Below are positions 36,964-41,703 of a stretch of 41,703 nt of DNA, piece after piece. Source of the stretch: Thermoplasmata archaeon. GTDB taxonomy: Archaea; Thermoplasmatota; Thermoplasmata; Lutacidiplasmatales; UBA184. The stretch spans positions 1 through 41,703 of the forward strand of contig JASHQY010000010.1 of the NCBI GenBank assembly GCA_030038885.1. Direction: 5' to 3'. A program made the translations under genes and the position numbers. Under the pieces are notes generated by a model, which saw nothing but the letters and a program-made list of their open reading frames with translations, did no database searches and had not been told where the DNA came from. Numbering within the stretch: the stretch's first letter is position 1; each line of letters opens with the position of its first letter.

Positions 36964-37487
36964 GGGCGCGCCCCCCGACCTTCACGAAGTTCCGCGACGT
37001 CCAGGCGGAGCTCGACCGCGCGGGGGCGGCGATCTTCCGCGACGCGGAAGGGGTCGAGAGCCTGGTGATCCGCTACCCGTACTCGATCAACTACATCCAC
37101 AGCTACGCGGAGGACTCGCCGTTCTTCCTCGGACTGGCCGAGGGGCGGCTCCGCGGCTCGAAGTGCCGGCGCCCGAAGTGCCGGTTCGTCTTCGCGACGC
37201 CGCGCAGCCACTGCATGGTCTGCGGCGCGCCGACCGAGTGGGTCGACCTGCCGACGGTCGGTCGGCTCCACTCGTGGACGACCTGCCACTTCGGCAGCGA
37301 GGCGTTCCTGAAGGAGACGCCGTACAACCTCGCGCTGATCGAGTTCGACGGGGTCGGGAGCCTCCTGTTGACCCGCCTCAAGGACGCGGTCGAGTCCGAC
37401 CTCTACGTCGGGATGCCGGTCCAGGCGGTCTTCGATCCGGCCCCGAAGTACTCGATCACGGACGTCTGGTTCGTGCCGCGCCGCTAG
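36960..37487 (+). CDS. DUF35 Zn-ribbon/OB-fold protein (thiolase partner)
   Basis: FFLGL.EGRL.GSKC....C, PRSHC..CG, GRLHSWT, PY..ALIE; ATGA overlap with the thiolase stop. Confidence 0.88.
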   Translation: MRARPPTFTKFRDVQAELDRAGAAIFRDAEGVESLVIRYPYSINYIHSYAEDSPFFLGLAEGRLRGSKCRRPKCRFVFATPRSHCMVCGAPTEWVDLPTVGRLHSWTTCHFGSEAFLKETPYNLALIEFDGVGSLLLTRLKDAVESDLYVGMPVQAVFDPAPKYSITDVWFVPRR

Positions 37488-38026
37488 GCCGCGAGCACGC
37501 CGACGAGCTCGAGCACGTCGGCATGGCCCCGGCCGAACTCGGCCCTCGGGACGCGGGCCACGTCGACCAGCGTGAGCTCCTTCCAGGCCGCGGCGCGGGG
37601 GGGACGGGGTTCCGGCCAGACGAGGTCGTAGACGAAATCGAGGTCCCAATGCGGGTCCTTTCCTTCGGCCCCGGGCCGCCCGTACGCCTCCGAGAACACC
37701 CGGGGCGAGGGGAGGTCCGCGAGGTCGATCCCCAGCTGCTCCTTCGCGACCCGCGCCGCCGCCGCGTCCGGCGACTCGAACAGGAGGAGATGGCTCGCCG
37801 GCAGCACCCAGCGGTCGGCGAACCGGGCGACCCGCTCGGCGTCGAGCGCCGCGAGGTCTCCCCAGCGGGCCGCGGGATCCATCTTCCCGAGGAGCACCCG
37901 GCCCGGCTCGTTCGGCGGACGGAACACGAGGAAGACGCTGAGGCACATCCCGTCGGACGGAACTCCCGCGCTGCCGGGCGACGGGGGCTCACCGCCGGGG
38001 CGCAGGCGGGCGAACCGTCGGACCAT
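37484..38026 (-). CDS. NUDIX-fold hydrolase with degenerate Nudix box
   Basis: WVLPASHL..FESP..AAARVAKEQLG; SD GTGAGG before ATG 38026. Confidence 0.7.
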   Translation of the reverse strand: MVRRFARLRPGGEPPSPGSAGVPSDGMCLSVFLVFRPPNEPGRVLLGKMDPAARWGDLAALDAERVARFADRWVLPASHLLLFESPDAAAARVAKEQLGIDLADLPSPRVFSEAYGRPGAEGKDPHWDLDFVYDLVWPEPRPPRAAAWKELTLVDVARVPRAEFGRGHADVLELVGVLAA

Positions 38027-38149
38027 CGCGGACCTCACGAAGCGCCGGCCCATCAAGCCTTCCTGCGGCGGCGCTCGCCGTCGGCCGCCGCCCGTCCGGC
38101 GGCCCCCTCGAGGTGCGCGTTCAAATAGGACGACCTCCGAGCCCGGGGC

Positions 38150-39106
38150 ATGGCCGCCCCCTCGGTGGTGCCGTCGCCTGGGTCCGCGAGCGTCCCTCCT
38201 CCGCCGCCCCCGACCGCTCCGAAGAGCCACGGCGCGAGGTGGGTGGGTGTCGCCGTGATCGTGATCGTCGTGGCGGTGATCGTCGGTCTCCTGCTCGCGG
38301 GAGTGATCCCGGGGCTGCACTCGAGCTCGGGTTCCGGCAACGGAAGCCCGACCGCCACGTCGTACAGCGAGTCCGAACCGGTCGCCCAGACGGCGGCGGA
38401 CCATATGGGCGGGACGTGGACCACGTTCTTCGCGGGCGGCGCCGACTCGACGACCTCGGTGACCCTTCCGAACCTCACCTCCCAGTTCCTCGGGAGCGAC
38501 TGTCCGCTCATCGACACTCCCTCGACCTCGCCGACCCTCTCGGCGTACACGGGCGCCTACTCGACCGGGCTGATGACCGGTTGGATCTTCGGCCTCTACT
38601 CGACGTCCCCGTCGGCCCTGATGATCCTGATGGTCGAGGACGGCCAGGCGACGCTCCTCGGCGAGGTCACCGCCTCGACCTGCGTCGGGGACTTCTCGGA
38701 CGTCACGGCGCTGACCGCGACGTCGGTGGTCGACAGCACGACGGCCGCCGGGGCCGTCGCGAGCGCGGCCGCGTCGTTCGTGAGCGCGAACCCGACCGCG
38801 AGCTCGAGCGTCGTGCTGACGCCGGGCTTCTCGTTCTCCTTCGGGAGCTACAGCGAGACGATCTATCCCGACTGGATCGTCACCTACTCCTCGTGCGGGG
38901 TCGACGCGACCAGCGGCACCGGGACGCAGTTCAACGCGACGGTCAACGCCACCAACGGCCAGGTGCTCGGCACGACCGGTCCGACGAGCGTCAGTTGCGG
39001 CGCGAACGGGGCGCTGGGATTCCCCGCGGGCGGAGGCGGCGCGCTGTCGAGCGGTCCGTCCCCGATCCCGACCTCGCTCCGGAGCCTGCCGCGGCGCGTC
39101 GGGTGA
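38150..39106 (+). CDS. Membrane-anchored Ser/Thr-rich surface protein
   Basis: Pro-rich N-terminus, single TM, S/T/G-rich body with Cys residues and N-x-S/T sequons; PepSY-like FNATVNATNGQVL. Confidence 0.75.
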   Translation: MAAPSVVPSPGSASVPPPPPPTAPKSHGARWVGVAVIVIVVAVIVGLLLAGVIPGLHSSSGSGNGSPTATSYSESEPVAQTAADHMGGTWTTFFAGGADSTTSVTLPNLTSQFLGSDCPLIDTPSTSPTLSAYTGAYSTGLMTGWIFGLYSTSPSALMILMVEDGQATLLGEVTASTCVGDFSDVTALTATSVVDSTTAAGAVASAAASFVSANPTASSSVVLTPGFSFSFGSYSETIYPDWIVTYSSCGVDATSGTGTQFNATVNATNGQVLGTTGPTSVSCGANGALGFPAGGGGALSSGPSPIPTSLRSLPRRVG

Positions 39107-39194
39107 CCCGAGGGCATCTCCGCCGGGGGACCCCGTCGGCACGAAGGGGCCGTTCCGATCGCGGGGCGGCTCCCTACCGTCGGGTCCGAAGCGA

Positions 39195-39268
39195 TGCCGC
39201 GGGCCGGGCTTGAACCGGCGGCTTCAAGATCTTCAGTCTTGCACTCTCCCAAACTGAGTTACCGCGGC
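39195..39268 (-). tRNA. tRNA-Phe(GAA), no intron, CCA not encoded
   Basis: GCCGCGG acceptor stem, anticodon arm CAAGA-CTGAAGA-TCTTG, T arm GCCGG-TTCAAGC-CCGGC; TATA ATATAAT at 39296-39302. Confidence 0.96.
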
Positions 39269-39927
39269 AGCGCGGCGCGGGGGACGATACCGGCCATTAT
39301 ATCGCTAGAGGGAGCGGCGGTCCCGCGCTCGCGGTCGCGCGCGGTCGGGGCCGCGTGCGGGGGAGGGCCGCCCTCGCGGCGCCCCCCCGGCGTCGCGAGC
39401 TGGGCCGATCGGGGCCGGTCGGAGCGCGCCTCCCGCTCGTCGCTGGCGGGGATCTCGTCCCACAGGTAGGCGGGAAGCGTGAGACCCGCGCGCGCGATCT
39501 CCTCGCGAACGACCGGTCGCCAGTACGTCCGGAGGCTCCCGCACGGCCGCCCGTCGGCGGTCTCGCTCGACGCGGCCACGACGAGCCCCTCGGGCGCGGG
39601 CGGACCGAGCCGGGCGACCGCCCGATGGAGGCGGCCGACCCGGGGAAGCCGTCGGTGCTCGTACGTGCCGGGTCCGGTGCTGACCATGAGCCGGCCGCCC
39701 AGCGTGAGGGCCGTCCAGTACGACACCTCGTAGAGCACCGCGAAGTGGAGCCCCGTGTGGAAGATCCCCGGCCATCCGATCTCGTCCGGCTGGGGCGTGA
39801 ACGCGGTGCGGATCTCCGGCGTCCCGTCGGCGCCGACCCCGCGCTCGAACGCGAGGCGCAGCCCGCGCGGATGGCGGGGTCCGCATCCAAAGCAGGGGTT
39901 GTCCGGCGGGTTCTGAAGCGCGACCAT
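39259..39927 (-). CDS. PaaI-like hotdog-fold protein with CFGCG motif and long read-through-like tail
   Basis: MVALQNPPDNPCFGCG..HPRGL, GWPGIFHTG; C-terminal part of the 39259..41691 ORF. Confidence 0.72.
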   Translation of the reverse strand: MVALQNPPDNPCFGCGPRHPRGLRLAFERGVGADGTPEIRTAFTPQPDEIGWPGIFHTGLHFAVLYEVSYWTALTLGGRLMVSTGPGTYEHRRLPRVGRLHRAVARLGPPAPEGLVVAASSETADGRPCGSLRTYWRPVVREEIARAGLTLPAYLWDEIPASDEREARSDRPRSAQLATPGGRREGGPPPHAAPTARDRERGTAAPSSDIMAGIVPRAALPR

Positions 39928-40071
39928 GCCCCGGCAACGCGGGCGCCGTCTTGCCGTTTTGGCCCGGGGGCCTTGGGTCCGCCGGCTCGAACGCGCGCGC
40001 CCACGTTCGAGGCCGATCTCCCTCGGTCGGAACGGGCGATACTTATCTAGCCGCTCCGGTCTCATTCGGGC

Positions 40072-41703
40072 GTGGAGAAGCTCCGAACCCTGGTGGTCGC
40101 GGAGAAGTTCAACACCGCCCTGCGGATCGCGGTCGTCCTCTCCGACGGCCGGATGAAACGCTCCCGGACAGGCGGGACGAACGTCTTCGAGTTCGAGCGG
40201 CCGGAGGGCCCGTACGCGGTCGTCGGCCTGCGGGGCCACATCGTCGAGCTCGACTATCCGCCCGAGTTCCAGGAGTGGACCCTGGCCGGGCTGTCCCGGC
40301 TGCTCGACACCCCGCCGCTGAAGCGGGTGACCGAGACCGGGATCGTCGCGACCCTCCAGTCGATCGTCCGCGGCTACGACCGCGTGATCCTCGCGACCGA
40401 CTTCGACCGCGAGGGCGAATTGATCGGCCAGGAGTGCCTCGAGCTGCTCCAGAAGGTCCACCCGAACCTGCGCGTGGAGCGCGCCCGCTACAGCGCGCTC
40501 ACCCGGGAGGAGATCGAGCGCAGCTTCGCGCACCTCGCGACCCTCGACACGGCGCTCGCCGAAGCGGCGTCCGCGCGGCAGGAGATCGACCTCGTGTGGG
40601 GCGCCCTCCTCACGCGGTACCTCTCGCTGACGGCCCAGCAGCGGGGGCGGGGGTTCCTCTCGGTCGGGCGCGTCCAGACGCCGACGCTCGCGCTCCTCGT
40701 GGAGCGGGACCAGGCGATCAAGGAGTTCGTGCCGACGCCGTTCTGGGAGATCGCGGCGGACGGGCACCGCGGCGACGAGCCGTTCCGCCTCCACCACGCG
40801 CACGGGGTGTGGGACGCGAAGGACGCCGCGGACGCGGTCTACCGTCGGGTCGAGGGCGCGGAGTCGGGCACCGTCGCGGAGTTCCGGGAGGAGGAGACCC
40901 GGCGTCGGCCTCCGGTCCCGTTCTCGACCACGCTCTTCGTCGCCGAGGCGAGCCGGTTGGGCCTCGGCGCGTCGTTCGCGATGCGGATCGCGGAGGACCT
41001 CTACACCCAGGGGCTGATCAGCTATCCGAGGACCGACAACACGGTCTACCCGCGGAGCCTCGGGCTCCGCCCCCTCGTCGAGAAGTTCCGGGACGGGCCG
41101 TTCGCCGACGCCGCCGCGTTCGTCCTCGAGCAGCCGAGCTTCCACCCGAGCCGGGGGCGCACCGAGGCGACCGACCACCCGCCGATCTACCCGACCGCCG
41201 CGATCGATCCGAAGAAGCTGCGGCCGGACCACGCGAAGGTCTACGAGCTGGTCGTCCGCCGCTTCCTCGCGACGGTCGCCCCGGACGCGGTCGGCTGGAA
41301 GCGCACCGTGCGCGTCCAGGTCGCCGGCGAGCCGTTCGCCGGGGAAGGCCGTCACCTCACCGAGCCGGGGTGGTACCGCCTCTACCCGTACTCGAACCCG
41401 GACGAGGCCCCGATGCCGGTGCTCGAGGTCGGCGGCGCGGTGGAGGTCACCGCCGTCGAGCTCGTCGAGGACCAGACGAAGCCGCCGCGGCGGTTCACCC
41501 AGGGCTCGCTGATCCAGGAGATGGAGCGGCTCGGCCTCGGGACGAAGAGCACGCGGCACGACGTGCTGCAGAAGCTCTTCGACCGGCACTACGTCAGCGC
41601 CCGCCAGCTCGAGCCGACGTCGACCGGCATCGCCGTCACCGAGGCGCTCCGCGCCCACGCCCCGCTCATCACGCGGCCGGAGATGACCCACCGCCTCGAG
41701 GAG
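40072..41703 (+). CDS. topA: DNA topoisomerase IA, 3' truncated by window end
   Basis: My translation from GTG 40072: LVVAEK, GLRGHI, ATDFDREGE, SVGRVQTPTL, catalytic ISYPRTD, HPPIYPT, LGTKSTR; open to the window end. Confidence 0.95.
   Translation, partial: MEKLRTLVVAEKFNTALRIAVVLSDGRMKRSRTGGTNVFEFERPEGPYAVVGLRGHIVELDYPPEFQEWTLAGLSRLLDTPPLKRVTETGIVATLQSIVRGYDRVILATDFDREGELIGQECLELLQKVHPNLRVERARYSALTREEIERSFAHLATLDTALAEAASARQEIDLVWGALLTRYLSLTAQQRGRGFLSVGRVQTPTLALLVERDQAIKEFVPTPFWEIAADGHRGDEPFRLHHAHGVWDAKDAADAVYRRVEGAESGTVAEFREEETRRRPPVPFSTTLFVAEASRLGLGASFAMRIAEDLYTQGLISYPRTDNTVYPRSLGLRPLVEKFRDGPFADAAAFVLEQPSFHPSRGRTEATDHPPIYPTAAIDPKKLRPDHAKVYELVVRRFLATVAPDAVGWKRTVRVQVAGEPFAGEGRHLTEPGWYRLYPYSNPDEAPMPVLEVGGAVEVTAVELVEDQTKPPRRFTQGSLIQEMERLGLGTKSTRHDVLQKLFDRHYVSARQLEPTSTGIAVTEALRAHAPLITRPEMTHRLEE

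Noticed and set aside
39087..39203. TGCCGCGG repeated near the tRNA 3' end as a possible att site
   Set aside because: Only 8 GC-rich bases, about 100 nt apart, with no integrase
1..41703. CRISPR arrays, IS elements, prophage or defence genes
   Set aside because: No regularly spaced repeats, terminal inverted repeats, transposase or integrase motifs seen by eye

Overview
Very GC-rich archaeal chromosomal segment, inferred to be Thermoplasmatota. The archaeal call rests on EF-1alpha, uS10, uS13-uS4-uS11-Rpo3, pelota, aMBF1, TrmY, MptD and tetraether synthase. The Thermoplasmatota call rests on a DUF6015-like gene, a bacterial-type DnaJ and the gene order. Most of the window is dense housekeeping sequence: translation, archaeal lipid synthesis (tes, psd, pssA), citrate synthase, argF, topA and tRNA-Phe(GAA). 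No CRISPR array, transposase or integrase was seen. The main novelty candidate is a signalling island at about 9.0-16.0 kb. It has two tandem paralogous stand-alone 7-TM membrane proteins, each preceded by a 17-18 codon uORF overlapping its start, with the second coupled to a soluble PAS histidine kinase. These are followed by an Rcp1-like receiver and a REC-Hpt protein, and convergently by a second receiver and a KaiC/GvpD-like ATPase. None has a DNA-binding output. Other points of interest are a double-RHH CdrS-like gene with a perfect operator-like inverted repeat ahead of an FtsZ lacking the catalytic T7 Asp, a CADD-type pABA-synthase homologue, and a structured leader with a possible non-AUG start on uS13. 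All calls come from motif recognition by eye; no database searches were run.
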